From a virus: a stretch of 64,000 bases of DNA. Shown here piece after piece: positions 27,420-38,076 of this stretch. The notes beneath the pieces are model-generated. The model ran no database searches. It saw only the letters and a program-made list of their open reading frames with translations, and was not told the DNA's origin. A program made the position numbers and the translations under genes. Position 1 is the stretch's first letter. Each line of letters starts with the position of its first letter. The stretch covers positions 64,001 through 128,000 of IMG/VR virus record IMGVR_UViG_3300029922_000017; one strand, given 5' to 3'.

Positions 27420-27507
27420 AGATGATACTTATAAATATAAAAAAATATTGATTATTACTAAAATTGTTTATATTTATATAAGAAGATTAACAACCAAACA
27501 CCAATTT

Positions 27508-27798
27508 ATGATAACACCAACAAGCGGCTCAATCACCACAACTCCACAAACATTTGATGGCATCTGGCTCTCAAATATTCAAATCAATGCCCCAACACCA
27601 GTCGGCAAGATTTCGGCTAATATAAGAGCCATACCGTTTAATAGTGCGTCTGGCTCCTTAGCACCAATTAATTATGCTAAGAATATATTCATTCCTGATA
27701 TTATGACACTGGCCGCAAGTAGTTCACTAGCAGCAAATGCCATGGGAGCCATGTTCAATTTTATACAGGACTACGTTGTGAGTAAATCTATATTTTAA
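27508..27798 (+). CDS. hypothetical protein
   Basis: Start MITPTSG after C/A-rich leader; terminator follows. Confidence 0.6.
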   Translation: MITPTSGSITTTPQTFDGIWLSNIQINAPTPVGKISANIRAIPFNSASGSLAPINYAKNIFIPDIMTLAASSSLAANAMGAMFNFIQDYVVSKSIF

Positions 27799-27809
27799 TA
27801 ATTGGAAGA

Positions 27810-27855
27810 TAAGCAACAAAAAACCCACCTGATTTGGTGGGTTTTTTGTTGCTTA
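27810..27855. terminator. bidirectional terminator
   Basis: Perfect 20-bp inverted repeat TAAGCAACAAAAAACCCACC between convergent genes. Confidence 0.85.
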
Positions 27856-27970
27856 ATAATTAAATTTACTTGTCTGGCTTGGTTTAGACCAGAGATAATT
27901 TGAAGTGTCTTTTGTCCATCCATTAGCAATTAGATACTTCTCCATGGCTGCAACGGCGACATTAAATAAT

Positions 27971-28156
27971 TCAGTGTTGGTATTCATATTTTGAAAGGGG
28001 TGTAGATTTTCCACTATATTTCCATACTATTTTTCGAGGGTGGTCTCGATATACGTTTCTTTTAGATGCCACCGCCATTTCAACGGCGGCACGAAACCCT
28101 TGGTCATTGTCAGGAAACAAAAACTCGGCGGCGTGAACAGTTACTAAATATTTCAT
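27971..28156 (-). CDS. hypothetical protein
   Basis: Leaderless 61-aa ORF. Confidence 0.55.
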   Translation of the reverse strand: MKYLVTVHAAEFLFPDNDQGFRAAVEMAVASKRNVYRDHPRKIVWKYSGKSTPLSKYEYQH

Positions 28157-28262
28157 AGTTGGAGTGTATCTATTTTAAATTAAATGTCAATGATTTTCTT
28201 TTACATCTACTTTCGTCAATACTTCATACGTCGCAGGATTGACGTGCATTGCGACAAATCTA

Positions 28263-29360
28263 TCACTTTTTTGTAACCTGATAAAGTAATTTCATCAACT
28301 GATTTCTATCTAAAGACTTTCCATCAAGCAAGGTAAACACCATACCGGAACGATTGTTATTTTCCCCACCATAGCTAGATATGATACGCTGTGCCTGTTC
28401 ACGGCGAGTTGGTAAGGTTTTAATAGAATCAATAAAATTATTCATTCCATTGACAATTTTTAATACGTCTTTATACCCATCTATAATCGTTGATATAAAT
28501 CCCCGGACCATGGTAAAGCACTCGTAATCAAATTTTTGAACCAATTGAGTCTCAAACTCTTGATATGATGGCATACCGAATTCAAAAAATAATTCAACGG
28601 TATTTTCAAAGGTGGCTTCCGACTTAAAACGATGAAGTTTTAAATATTGAAATGCTTTGGATTTATGTATAAATTGGTCTTTACTAGAATAAATACAAAC
28701 TCCCTCCCGGTTCTCCCACTTCTCAACATTAAAAACTAGGTCAGTAATGTCATTAAAAGTATAGGTTTCGGGACGTAACAATCCTAAATTTTTAGCAATT
28801 AAATCTAAATCAGATTGCGTCCAATAGGAGTAATCGGAATGATTGACAATACCAATTAAAGTAAATTTTGGGATGTCGCCATACGATAACACAATCCTAT
28901 TGAGTGGGGAGGTCCACTCAAAGATATAAGACCTATCCCAAGTAGGAGTAGTATTCATATCTATTTTAGGAAGTATTTCCGATTTAAATATCTCTATTTC
29001 ATGCCCATTTAATTCCATGTTAGTAGCATCTACTGAACCACGGGTGCGAATTATATAATTATCTTTATAAGAAGTTACAGACAATAATGACCCGTCAAGT
29101 TTTTCAACCACTGTGCAACCTTTCAACGAAGACGGCGGCGGAAATATATCGGGCTTTTCTCCCAGATTTGTAAATTTTTTAAATCCGGCAGAAATTAATT
29201 CCCCATTATGATTCCATAAAGAAGACCGATAAATTACATTATCTTTGGTCCAAACAGCACCAATCTGTTTCGGATTTACAAGATAACACAATTCGCCGTT
29301 AATTATGTGTTCGTTGCAATAAAATTGTTCTCGGTCTATTTGAGAGATGTCGATTTTCAT
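28263..29360 (-). CDS. RNA ligase, T4 Rnl1-like
   Basis: KKFTNLGE, motif I EKLDGSL, RTRGS, FEW..P.NRIV, EGV. Confidence 0.8.
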   Translation of the reverse strand: MKIDISQIDREQFYCNEHIINGELCYLVNPKQIGAVWTKDNVIYRSSLWNHNGELISAGFKKFTNLGEKPDIFPPPSSLKGCTVVEKLDGSLLSVTSYKDNYIIRTRGSVDATNMELNGHEIEIFKSEILPKIDMNTTPTWDRSYIFEWTSPLNRIVLSYGDIPKFTLIGIVNHSDYSYWTQSDLDLIAKNLGLLRPETYTFNDITDLVFNVEKWENREGVCIYSSKDQFIHKSKAFQYLKLHRFKSEATFENTVELFFEFGMPSYQEFETQLVQKFDYECFTMVRGFISTIIDGYKDVLKIVNGMNNFIDSIKTLPTRREQAQRIISSYGGENNNRSGMVFTLLDGKSLDRNQLMKLLYQVTKK

Positions 29361-29406
29361 TTGATAGAGTGTATCAAATTATAGATGAAAGTCAAGATGT
29401 TATTTG

Positions 29407-29901
29407 TTAACGAGTATTAGTCCAACGTGAAACCCGTTTAAGTCTGCCAGTTTTTGGGTCAAGTTCTCGTCTAATATCTTTGAAATAATTCAAATAATGA
29501 ATTGGATTTTTATGACTGCTCCACGTTTTAATGAATTTCATAGCATCTGTTTGGCGTTCAAAAAAGAGTGAAAAAGAAACGCCGGACTTGCAATTATATT
29601 CATCCGTTCCAACTGCCCATCCCTGTTTATGCCCATCCCGCTCATGTATTCTATCTTTAATGTTATCGGTAAGCCATTGCATCACTTCCGGTTTTAGCCG
29701 TTGAGTATCATATTCTCTAAGACGCAATGCAGTTTCTCCATCTAACTCAACTTCATCAATTAGATTAAGCCAATCAGGTTCGTGGTCGTCATAATAACTT
29801 TTACCTATAGGAACCATATCAATAGATACAATCACCCGACAATTATATTGACCACCCCAATTAGAATCTGAACACCAACAATGATTAATTAAAACATTCA
29901 T
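29407..29901 (-). CDS. hypothetical protein
   Basis: 164-aa ORF. Confidence 0.65.
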   Translation of the reverse strand: MNVLINHCWCSDSNWGGQYNCRVIVSIDMVPIGKSYYDDHEPDWLNLIDEVELDGETALRLREYDTQRLKPEVMQWLTDNIKDRIHERDGHKQGWAVGTDEYNCKSGVSFSLFFERQTDAMKFIKTWSSHKNPIHYLNYFKDIRRELDPKTGRLKRVSRWTNTR

Positions 29902-29904
29902 AAA

Positions 29905-30120
29905 TTAAGAAAATTGGGATAGAAATTCATTTACGGAACTTTTATCTAAATCAAAGAATTTATCTTCATCTTCAACCCAAAAATAATTTCCATCACATTT
30001 AATCCCAATAGGAGTCCTATGATGATTTCTAAGTCCTAAACGTTTATTCTCCTTTACAATTTCAACATATCCAGAAACGTCTATAAACTTTCCTTTAACT
30101 GTTTTAATTTTAGTAATCAT
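29905..30120 (-). CDS. hypothetical protein
   Basis: Leaderless ORF. Confidence 0.55.
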   Translation of the reverse strand: MITKIKTVKGKFIDVSGYVEIVKENKRLGLRNHHRTPIGIKCDGNYFWVEDEDKFFDLDKSSVNEFLSQFS

Positions 30121-30150
30121 ATTTCAACTATATCTAAATTTTATTATTTG

Positions 30151-30336
30151 TCAAGCGGGTAATGTGGAAATATAAGTCCAAACGTCTCTATCCGTATTAT
30201 ACCAGCACAAATCTCTCCATTTCGAGGTATATTTAGCAGTATTATAAGGTCTCCGAACACTTAATTTAGCATCTTGAGGGAATTTTCGACTTGGAATATA
30301 CGTCCATTCTTCATCATTAAATATAAGTTTATTCAT
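30151..30336 (-). CDS. hypothetical protein
   Basis: Stop inside next -35. Confidence 0.55.
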   Translation of the reverse strand: MNKLIFNDEEWTYIPSRKFPQDAKLSVRRPYNTAKYTSKWRDLCWYNTDRDVWTYISTLPA

Positions 30337-30339
30337 ATT

Positions 30340-30549
30340 TTATGTCTGAACTAGATTTGTTAGGTTGTAATAATGACAATACGGACAAAATAATGCAATT
30401 TTATTGCCTCTATTGGTTATCGTAACATATTGACGAGTATTAAATAATCCCTCACAATTCCCACAGATTGCCGTTAATTTTGGATTTCCCCATGAACATA
30501 TACTCCAACCCGATACGCTAATCGCATTTGTATATTTCTCAATTTTCAT
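30340..30549 (-). CDS. zinc-ribbon hypothetical protein
   Basis: CGNC...CPYC. Confidence 0.6.
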   Translation of the reverse strand: MKIEKYTNAISVSGWSICSWGNPKLTAICGNCEGLFNTRQYVTITNRGNKIALFCPYCHYYNLTNLVQT

Positions 30550-30552
30550 ATG

Positions 30553-30876
30553 CTAATTCAATTTCTTAGTTAGCCAACCTTGTTTAGTATTTCTATAGAT
30601 AAAATGACCAAATCTAAGTCTCCATTGACGAATTGGGATAAAATTGTTGATATGTTTATTAATTCGGAATAATAGCGGCTTACGCTGAAAATCTTTAATT
30701 TTACTTTCAATATTCCGGCATTTAAAACAGATTAATGTATTGTCATCATCCAAGACTGCCCAATGTGATAATCGTTTAGGATTGCAATTGTTCTGAACAA
30801 CTAGTTTACATTCACACCGAGAACAATGTTTATTAATCTGGAATAGTTGTTTCTTTAAATCAAATTTGATACTCAT
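30553..30876 (-). CDS. hypothetical protein (CxxC pairs)
   Basis: Start MSIKF after promoter. Confidence 0.55.
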   Translation of the reverse strand: MSIKFDLKKQLFQINKHCSRCECKLVVQNNCNPKRLSHWAVLDDDNTLICFKCRNIESKIKDFQRKPLLFRINKHINNFIPIRQWRLRFGHFIYRNTKQGWLTKKLN

Positions 30877-31103
30877 GTTGTAAAGAAGTATATTGATTAT
30901 CAATCAGGAGTCAACTAGTTTCTCGAATTTCTTTCATGCTGCCCAAAATTTTATTGGCAAATGCTTCCAATTCATCGGCATCTCTAAATTTAATAATGGT
31001 GTTATCACCTATAAATACCAAGAGGCATTCTTCATAAACATCCCCATCAGAATCATGTAAATTTTTAGAAAATGAATATTCCATACTATTCTTTTTTTAT
31101 TTC

Positions 31104-31544
31104 TTATATTCCAGAGTATATCGATACTTCTTCGTTCAATTTTCGCCTATCTTCTTTCATTTCATCTAATAATCTAAATCTATAGGCGGCAAATCCACAT
31201 TCAAGACCGGTATCAGCCCTTTTACAACTATATCCAACTAATTCTAGAGTTTGGCAGATGCCTTGTAAGGTTGGTCCAGATGTATTGAAGCCCTTAATTA
31301 CATATACTTTTCCGACCACTGGCCAATGTGGATATACATCATAAAAGTCTCTAGAACCCATCTTTTCAGTTCTTGATGGCTCAATGCAAACAACTTTATC
31401 TCCACTAAAATCATTTCCAATTGAAAATATATGACAATATCCTAATCCATCATAATACGAATTGCACCGATAACAATAATAAACATTTCGATTGGTTAGC
31501 ACAAATATAAACAAAAGTATCAATGAAACGGTTATTATAATCAT
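31104..31544 (-). CDS. hypothetical protein with N-terminal TM segment
   Basis: 146-aa ORF. Confidence 0.55.
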   Translation of the reverse strand: MIIITVSLILLFIFVLTNRNVYYCYRCNSYYDGLGYCHIFSIGNDFSGDKVVCIEPSRTEKMGSRDFYDVYPHWPVVGKVYVIKGFNTSGPTLQGICQTLELVGYSCKRADTGLECGFAAYRFRLLDEMKEDRRKLNEEVSIYSGI

Positions 31545-31547
31545 AAG

Positions 31548-32063
31548 TTAATTACCATACCAGTGAACATCATCCACTGATGGATTATTAATAGTTACTG
31601 GCTTAGTTGGGTCATAATTACAGATATAAACATCAATTCCACTATTTTCAAATACTACTTCAATCATTTTTTCAATGATTGAATAGTTTGCTCCACCCAA
31701 GGCAGAGCCTATAAACTTTGGTAAAGCGCACGATTTTAATCCAAGTGTTACCATATTGTTTTTGATTGCCTCCAATCCAATATAGAAGGCTTCATAGTTC
31801 GTCTGTCTTTCAAAGACACCAACGTTAAATTGCCCATAGAGATTGTATATATAACGACCATCTTTTTTGGACTGTGCAACACTATATGTTCCTAATTTTT
31901 TAGGGTCTGATTTAGCTGTTTTTAAATCTGCGTCATATGCTTCGGGGTAATTTCGTCTCATAATACCCGCAAGTCCTCCCCAACAACCAGTTAAGCAATT
32001 ACAGGAATGTATATATGCATCACATTCCTGTTTAAACATATCTATATCAATATTAGTAATCAT
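31548..32063 (-). CDS. macro-domain protein (ADP-ribose processing, T4 Tk.4-like)
   Basis: HSCNC...GGLA...YPEA, NLYGQ, LPKFIGSALGGA. Confidence 0.8.
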   Translation of the reverse strand: MITNIDIDMFKQECDAYIHSCNCLTGCWGGLAGIMRRNYPEAYDADLKTAKSDPKKLGTYSVAQSKKDGRYIYNLYGQFNVGVFERQTNYEAFYIGLEAIKNNMVTLGLKSCALPKFIGSALGGANYSIIEKMIEVVFENSGIDVYICNYDPTKPVTINNPSVDDVHWYGN

Positions 32064-32388
32064 AATTTAAATTTTTTGGCTTGTTCAACGGCATTTTCAT
32101 ATCCATAATCAATACAAAATTTCCTATTGGCACGTTCCAATTTAACGACTGCTTCAACTATATCAAATAGTTGTTGGTTAAATAGTTTAAATAATAGCCA
32201 GTTTTTAATTTTACTTTTCATAGTTTTTAATATCATCTTCCCACAATTGAAATTGTGATTTGGTTTTTAATTCTTCAATTCTGACCAGCCCGTTGGGATA
32301 ATAAAATTTAACTATTCCTTTACGAGTAAGCTTTCCATCCTTAAATGTAATTTTATCCTTCGGTTTAAATTTTTGCAACTTCATAAGG

Positions 32389-32733
32389 TTATTCCTTTAC
32401 CATTGCTTTTCCATATAAGGTTTTAGGTGCTTCGGAAAAATATTTAAACAGAGCAGGGCATAACCATCCTTGCATATCATAAACCGAGCAATAATACCAA
32501 TTACCGCCATGTTCCTCATGAAGCCACGTCAATTTAATATCATAGGTTGGAAATGGAGTTGCGGCAAACAGAAGATTGAAACCTTTGCTGGCATTTGGAA
32601 TATCCTTAACTAACCGGTCAATGATAGTATCAATACCAGCAACAAATGGCTCTTTACAGAGACCAACATTGGCATCATTAAACACCCACATTCCATTATG
32701 TTTATAAGGAGAAATTAGTCCAATAGCATTCAT
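32389..32733 (-). CDS. conserved hypothetical protein (DUF6717-like)
   Basis: PYKHNGMWVF.D..GL..EPFV.G, GWLCPALFKYF. Confidence 0.65.
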   Translation of the reverse strand: MNAIGLISPYKHNGMWVFNDANVGLCKEPFVAGIDTIIDRLVKDIPNASKGFNLLFAATPFPTYDIKLTWLHEEHGGNWYYCSVYDMQGWLCPALFKYFSEAPKTLYGKAMVKE

Positions 32734-32965
32734 GTTTATTTTTTAGGAAAAAATTTATCAGCTTTCAATAATTTGATATTTTTCTTAGATTCGGTTATCA
32801 TTTGTTTAATTTCGGAGCGACTACAACAATCATTAAATAGACCCCCTCTTTACTGCTTCCAATACAGATTGTTCCTGTCGAATACATTCTGCATTATAAG
32901 CCTTGCGTGAAATCTTGATATTCATGTTTAGGAGTATATCGGAAATAAATTAAATGTCAAGTCAT

Positions 32966-33559
32966 TTAAATTTCATAGCACTGGTCGATTTTTAATCCAA
33001 TATGTCTTACTCCATTATGGATAATATCATGCCATTTATGATGATGTCCTGAAATTACCAATTCCGGCTTCCGAATACTAATCATCTCATCAAGTAACAG
33101 CCGAGTAAATGATTTATCATATATCAACTTATAACCTTCGGCAATATATTGCGGACAATCATGCGCCAATAATATTTTAGCATTACTAAACTTCCACCCC
33201 TCAATACATCGCAATGAGTCGGCATATGAAATTTCTTCATATTCCCACCAGTCAACCCCGACAATTCTTGTGTCTTTATCACGACTATCAGCCCCTCCAA
33301 CAAAAAATACATTTGAATTAAATTCTCCAAATTCTCCAAGATAACTAGGCAATTTAACTGCTTCTTTTTTGTCGTCGTGGTTGCCGCAAAAAAATTTAAA
33401 ATTTACAGGCAAACATTCTTGGAGAAATTTAGTCGGCATAAGCCCAACCCCAAAATCTCCAATCTGAATGATGGTTTTAGAAGGATTGTCATTTGCAAGT
33501 TTAATGCAATGATTGAGGTTGCAATGCACGTCTCCCAAAATTATTAAGCTCTCTGACAT
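32966..33559 (-). CDS. calcineurin-like metallophosphoesterase
   Basis: GDVH, GDFG, GNHD, GHHH motifs. Confidence 0.85.
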   Translation of the reverse strand: MSESLIILGDVHCNLNHCIKLANDNPSKTIIQIGDFGVGLMPTKFLQECLPVNFKFFCGNHDDKKEAVKLPSYLGEFGEFNSNVFFVGGADSRDKDTRIVGVDWWEYEEISYADSLRCIEGWKFSNAKILLAHDCPQYIAEGYKLIYDKSFTRLLLDEMISIRKPELVISGHHHKWHDIIHNGVRHIGLKIDQCYEI

Positions 33560-33608
33560 CTTGATATAATATCAAATTATAAACAAAAGTCAACTATTTT
33601 CTGCGTAA

Positions 33609-34991
33609 CTATCCAATAGCGTTATTTTGCATATCCCAAAATTTCTGAAGAGCAATATTCCCACATCTGGCCTGAAATTGAGCAGGAGTCTCACCTTCAC
33701 CATCTTCCACGGTTTTATCAATAAGTTCTGGGCAATCTGACATAATGAAATTAGCCAATATAAGACGCTGTTCTTTAGCCATATTACCTAGTTCAATAAT
33801 CCTATCTATTCTTCCGGGCCGGGACGAAACTCCGGTCTTTGTATTTGGTAGTCCAATTGCTTCATCTATATGTTTAATATTATTGGTTGTAATCATTAAT
33901 AATACTCCATCTGCCTGTTTCACGCCACTGATACAATTCAGTAAGCAATCAAACGTCAAATGAGTAGAATTAGCGGAACTTGCACCTACATATTCCCTAC
34001 CATGAAATATATTATCAATATCTTCTATTAATACGATGCACGGAGTATTGGACAATATCCTATCGTCCCATGCGCTACATAATTCTTCATTAGTCATCCC
34101 GTTTAGGTCTATGCAAAAAATAGGTAAATTATAAGTCATTCCAATTGCTTTAACTAAAGTGGATTTACCACCTCCCGGCTTTCCAGCAAGAAGAATTCCT
34201 GTGCGATGTGGTATAGACCTACTACGAAACCACTGCTCGTTTTTCATCCAGCAATCAATATACTTAATTGAGTCATGAACTTCTTTTGGGAATGGATATC
34301 CAGTAAACGGAGTCTGACCTTCTTCGGGCTGTGCGATTAAATCTTTCAAATCCCACTTTAATAATCTAAATACTCCCTGCGATACTAATTCAATAATTTC
34401 GCCGTTGCTTCTGACAGGAGATGTGGCGTGGTCGGTTGGTTCGTTCTGTGATTTCTGATTATATTCAGTCTTCGTATCAACATGACCAATTCTTACAATC
34501 TTAAACCGGTCTTTTCTCTGTATTTTATTGTCGGGGTTTAACTCTTTGACATTTTTTGTAGTTTTATTATGATATTCAATTGCCGACACAATAAATCCTT
34601 CAATATCGAACCATCCACGGATGGCTCTTAACTTTACATTATCCAGACTAGTGCTTGATATCAGCGCATATCTTCCCTTATATTTTACAATCCCAATATT
34701 GTTACCATCCAAGGTTTGAAACCCAACTATTTCATTATTCCGATTGGGATGCACATATGAATTAATACCGGCATATTTCTTTATACCAAATGGAGATTTC
34801 ATCTTATTCTTCATTGAATATGAAATGACTGCAAAAGACGCATGTTTGTTAATGTCGGTATCACTTATGATAATACTACTAACATATCTAAATCCAGATT
34901 TTACATAGTTCCAACCAGCCGTCGCCAATGCAAATATACTTGCACCCCCAACTATTCCAGCAGTTCCCAACGTAGCCGTAGTTAATTCCAT
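33609..34991 (-). CDS. AAA+ ATPase, BCS1-like, N-terminal TM
   Basis: GKPGGGKST Walker A, VLIEDID Walker B, ITTN sensor, RPGRID. Confidence 0.85.
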   Translation of the reverse strand: MELTTATLGTAGIVGGASIFALATAGWNYVKSGFRYVSSIIISDTDINKHASFAVISYSMKNKMKSPFGIKKYAGINSYVHPNRNNEIVGFQTLDGNNIGIVKYKGRYALISSTSLDNVKLRAIRGWFDIEGFIVSAIEYHNKTTKNVKELNPDNKIQRKDRFKIVRIGHVDTKTEYNQKSQNEPTDHATSPVRSNGEIIELVSQGVFRLLKWDLKDLIAQPEEGQTPFTGYPFPKEVHDSIKYIDCWMKNEQWFRSRSIPHRTGILLAGKPGGGKSTLVKAIGMTYNLPIFCIDLNGMTNEELCSAWDDRILSNTPCIVLIEDIDNIFHGREYVGASSANSTHLTFDCLLNCISGVKQADGVLLMITTNNIKHIDEAIGLPNTKTGVSSRPGRIDRIIELGNMAKEQRLILANFIMSDCPELIDKTVEDGEGETPAQFQARCGNIALQKFWDMQNNAIG

Positions 34992-34994
34992 AAT

Positions 34995-35183
34995 TTAAAT
35001 AATATCTTTCTTTGAAATTTTATTGACCGGATAAACACACTTTGAACAGACAATGCGGGGTGTATTCGTCCCAACGTCCCATGCCAATATTGTCCAGTGA
35101 TTTGAGGTTATGTCTTTGGCATCGTTAAACGACTCTACTTTATTACACACTTCACATTTTAATTTTTTGTATTGGTATGCCAT
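34995..35183 (-). CDS. zinc-ribbon hypothetical protein
   Basis: CEVC...CSKC. Confidence 0.55.
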   Translation of the reverse strand: MAYQYKKLKCEVCNKVESFNDAKDITSNHWTILAWDVGTNTPRIVCSKCVYPVNKISKKDII

Positions 35184-35428
35184 TATTCTTTATCCTTCAC
35201 TCCATCCCGCAATGACCAACCATACCAAAATCCATCAACGTATGATTTGTCCTGTAATTGCTTAATATATTTCCGGAGTTGTCCCATGTCAAATTCGGAA
35301 ATATAAATGTTTCCATTTTCCGAATACTTATTGGGAAGTGTTATAATATTCTTACCCCTTTCAAACATTGCATCAATCTTGGCAATCTCACCATCAACAA
35401 ATTTGTCGCTGAAAACTCTACGTTTCAT
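35183..35428 (-). CDS. hypothetical protein
   Basis: Coupled ORF. Confidence 0.55.
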   Translation of the reverse strand: MKRRVFSDKFVDGEIAKIDAMFERGKNIITLPNKYSENGNIYISEFDMGQLRKYIKQLQDKSYVDGFWYGWSLRDGVKDKE

Positions 35429-36459
35429 AGACCTTTAATTTTTAATACTGTATTAGGATTGGAGGTTAGCTTACCACCACCAAGAATCAGGTTGCCGCAT
35501 GTAACTAATCCTTCTTCTTCATCCATAGAAGGAACAAATACCAGCACATCAAACCCCTTAGCTTTCAATTCTTCTTCGGGTTTCTTATAGGGTGTATAAG
35601 AATCATAGCCACCAACCGTTTTGATATTATTCTGAATACTCTCAGGATTATTATGAATCGGAGTAATCTTAATCATAAATTTATCCTTATCAAACAAATC
35701 AGCAACCTTTTGAGCATCAATTGAATAATCAGTGCAATAGGCAAAGTTGAGGCAATATTTACGACTAATAGGAGTCGGCATCTTTGCAGCAATCTTAGAA
35801 AATGACTCCAAATCTAATTGATTACCATTAAACATATATTCTCGCTGTGCCTCATCCGTAGAATTGATGCTAAACTGAGTTCCCGCCTGACCATTATATA
35901 AATTATTCTTAATGTCGCACCAACGCATGATACGCTCTTCCAACAATTTAAATCTCTTCGGAAGAGAAGTAGTAAGCACAGGATGGATAACTTCAATACT
36001 CAACCCAGTATCAGCTTTAATTTGTAATTTGTTTTTATAAATCCACTCAGCAAATTCAAATACATTTTCATTAAAAATGGGGTCTCCCATTCGAGCAAAA
36101 TGCAAATTCAATCGTTCAGTATATTTAGTTTTATCTGAGAATAGACCAATTGCATTATACAATTGCTGCTTCAAATCATTGAATGAAGCATTGCCGCCAA
36201 ATTTAATATTGGGAACTGAACAAAAACGACAAGCCACACTGCACCCATACTGAGTGCTAACAGTCACCACCCACTTCTCACTTAATGGCATACAATAAGT
36301 GTTCGGCACACCTTTAATTTCATCATTAAATCCAAGGAAATCTGCTTTGACATTATATTGCTTCCCATAATCGCCAATAGAAAGAGTTTCAAGTTGTCCC
36401 TTATCATATTTACCTACAAATAGGTAGCCAGTGGGAATTAAATGTTTAGTAGTAATCAT
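35425..36459 (-). CDS. radical SAM protein, RlmN/Cfr-like
   Basis: STQYGCSVACRFC, ARMGDP, FSINS, C-terminal TCGNL. Confidence 0.75.
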   Translation of the reverse strand: MITTKHLIPTGYLFVGKYDKGQLETLSIGDYGKQYNVKADFLGFNDEIKGVPNTYCMPLSEKWVVTVSTQYGCSVACRFCSVPNIKFGGNASFNDLKQQLYNAIGLFSDKTKYTERLNLHFARMGDPIFNENVFEFAEWIYKNKLQIKADTGLSIEVIHPVLTTSLPKRFKLLEERIMRWCDIKNNLYNGQAGTQFSINSTDEAQREYMFNGNQLDLESFSKIAAKMPTPISRKYCLNFAYCTDYSIDAQKVADLFDKDKFMIKITPIHNNPESIQNNIKTVGGYDSYTPYKKPEEELKAKGFDVLVFVPSMDEEEGLVTCGNLILGGGKLTSNPNTVLKIKGL

Positions 36460-36489
36460 GTTTATATATTACCCAAAATAGATTAAATG

Positions 36490-36747
36490 TCAATCTAATT
36501 TTTTCAAAACGTCGAAACTTATTATTCGACATTCACACTTATCTCCATCAAATTGAAATTTGTGATATTCTATAATATTCCACAAGTCTCGTTTTACATG
36601 TCCACCTTTGTAAGTGACAATACTTCCAATAGGAAATACTTTACTGTCAAACCTATGAAGTCTATCACTATATACAATCTCTCGTAAAGTGATAAATCTA
36701 TCTCCTATATTATATGGTAATTGACGGGTCATTCTAATTTTTTCCAA
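36490..36747 (-). CDS. hypothetical protein
   Basis: Stop inside next -35. Confidence 0.55.
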   Translation of the reverse strand: MEKIRMTRQLPYNIGDRFITLREIVYSDRLHRFDSKVFPIGSIVTYKGGHVKRDLWNIIEYHKFQFDGDKCECRIISFDVLKKLD

Positions 36748-37403
36748 TCATATTTATAGTCGTGAAGTGGCTTATCCCATTTAGCCAACTCCGTCGTTAA
36801 GTCGTATTTACCACGCTCATTTCGAGTTAGAATGTGAAATTCACAGTTCTTAGGATTTTTTAATGTTTCAAATTCTTCTATATCCAAATGCATCCATCTG
36901 GTAAGGAAGGCACGGAGTAGCATTCCGTGAGTAACAATAATTACATTATCAGGATAATCGACCCTTTCAAAATCACGGTGTAAAGTATCCATAAATCCAC
37001 CAACTCTATCGTAGCAATCCGCAACTGACTCACCCCCATGAAATCTATAATAAAATGTGCTATAAGCATCTCGTGCAGTTTCATCATTTTCACTGTAACC
37101 AGCCAACGGCAATTTACCAGTCCATTCTTGCTCTCGTAATCTGGGGCAAGAATACATTTTAGAATTGGAAAATGATTTCTTTATCAATTGATAAGTCTGA
37201 CGTGTTCGCCAAAACGGAGAAATATAAAATTGAACATGCTTATCTCCAATGATATTTTTAATCTTAACACCGGCTTCCAATGCTTGTTGTTTACCAAGTT
37301 CTGTAAGTTCCATAGCATAATCCGGTTTAGTCTTATAAATAGCTTTATCGACGTTGGCTTCACTTTCCCCATGCCTGACTAATATGATTGATTTAGGCTT
37401 CAT
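36729..37403 (-). CDS. histidine phosphatase (phosphoglycerate mutase family)
   Basis: LVRHGES, SPFWRTRQT, LREQ, GES, VTHG. Confidence 0.88.
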   Translation of the reverse strand: MKPKSIILVRHGESEANVDKAIYKTKPDYAMELTELGKQQALEAGVKIKNIIGDKHVQFYISPFWRTRQTYQLIKKSFSNSKMYSCPRLREQEWTGKLPLAGYSENDETARDAYSTFYYRFHGGESVADCYDRVGGFMDTLHRDFERVDYPDNVIIVTHGMLLRAFLTRWMHLDIEEFETLKNPKNCEFHILTRNERGKYDLTTELAKWDKPLHDYKYDWKKLE

Positions 37404-38074
37404 TTTAAGTTGTGTTTTGTTATTGCGTTGCACCATTCTATAAATTCTTTATCTGTTAAATCTTGTTTCATAACATTTACTATTTTATGAACCCATTGGA
37501 CATTTGTTTTAATATAACCTTGCATTGAATCAATTCTATCGAGAGATGCCGTTCCATCCCGCTTATCTCCTCTAGATTGAAATTTTAACTCCACTCCAGA
37601 CAATGCACATTTTCGATTTTGTTTTAAGAATATATCCCACATTTCCTCTTTTGTCAAATTAAATTTCAAATTTCTTTTTATGGTAGATTGTTTTACGGAA
37701 TGTATATACGACCCAGACATTTCTCCGATGCCTGACCAATGTGGATGTTTGGAACGTAAATAAAAATGACTACAGCCACACGACCTAATAGTGCCTCTAG
37801 TTAAATGTGAATGTCGAATAATCGTAATTTCTCCACAATTACATTTACATTTCCAGTATTGGTTAATTCCTCGTTTTTCATGGAATGACAGCACTTTCAA
37901 TCTTGCATATGTCCGACCAGTTAAATTTTGTTTTCTAGTAGATGGTTTTTTGCGATTACAAGTATCGCAAGGTGCATTTTTTCGTATTGCTCTATAAAGT
38001 TCATATTTTCGTCCATATGATTGTAACGAATTGCATTCTGGACATTGTTTAGTCCATTCGGATTTATTTTTCAT
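37400..38074 (-). CDS. HNH-type homing endonuclease
   Basis: WKCKCNCG, SCGC, CALSG, SLDRIDS..GY..NVQWVH..N.MK. Confidence 0.8.
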   Translation of the reverse strand: MKNKSEWTKQCPECNSLQSYGRKYELYRAIRKNAPCDTCNRKKPSTRKQNLTGRTYARLKVLSFHEKRGINQYWKCKCNCGEITIIRHSHLTRGTIRSCGCSHFYLRSKHPHWSGIGEMSGSYIHSVKQSTIKRNLKFNLTKEEMWDIFLKQNRKCALSGVELKFQSRGDKRDGTASLDRIDSMQGYIKTNVQWVHKIVNVMKQDLTDKEFIEWCNAITKHNLK

Positions 38075-38076
38075 AT

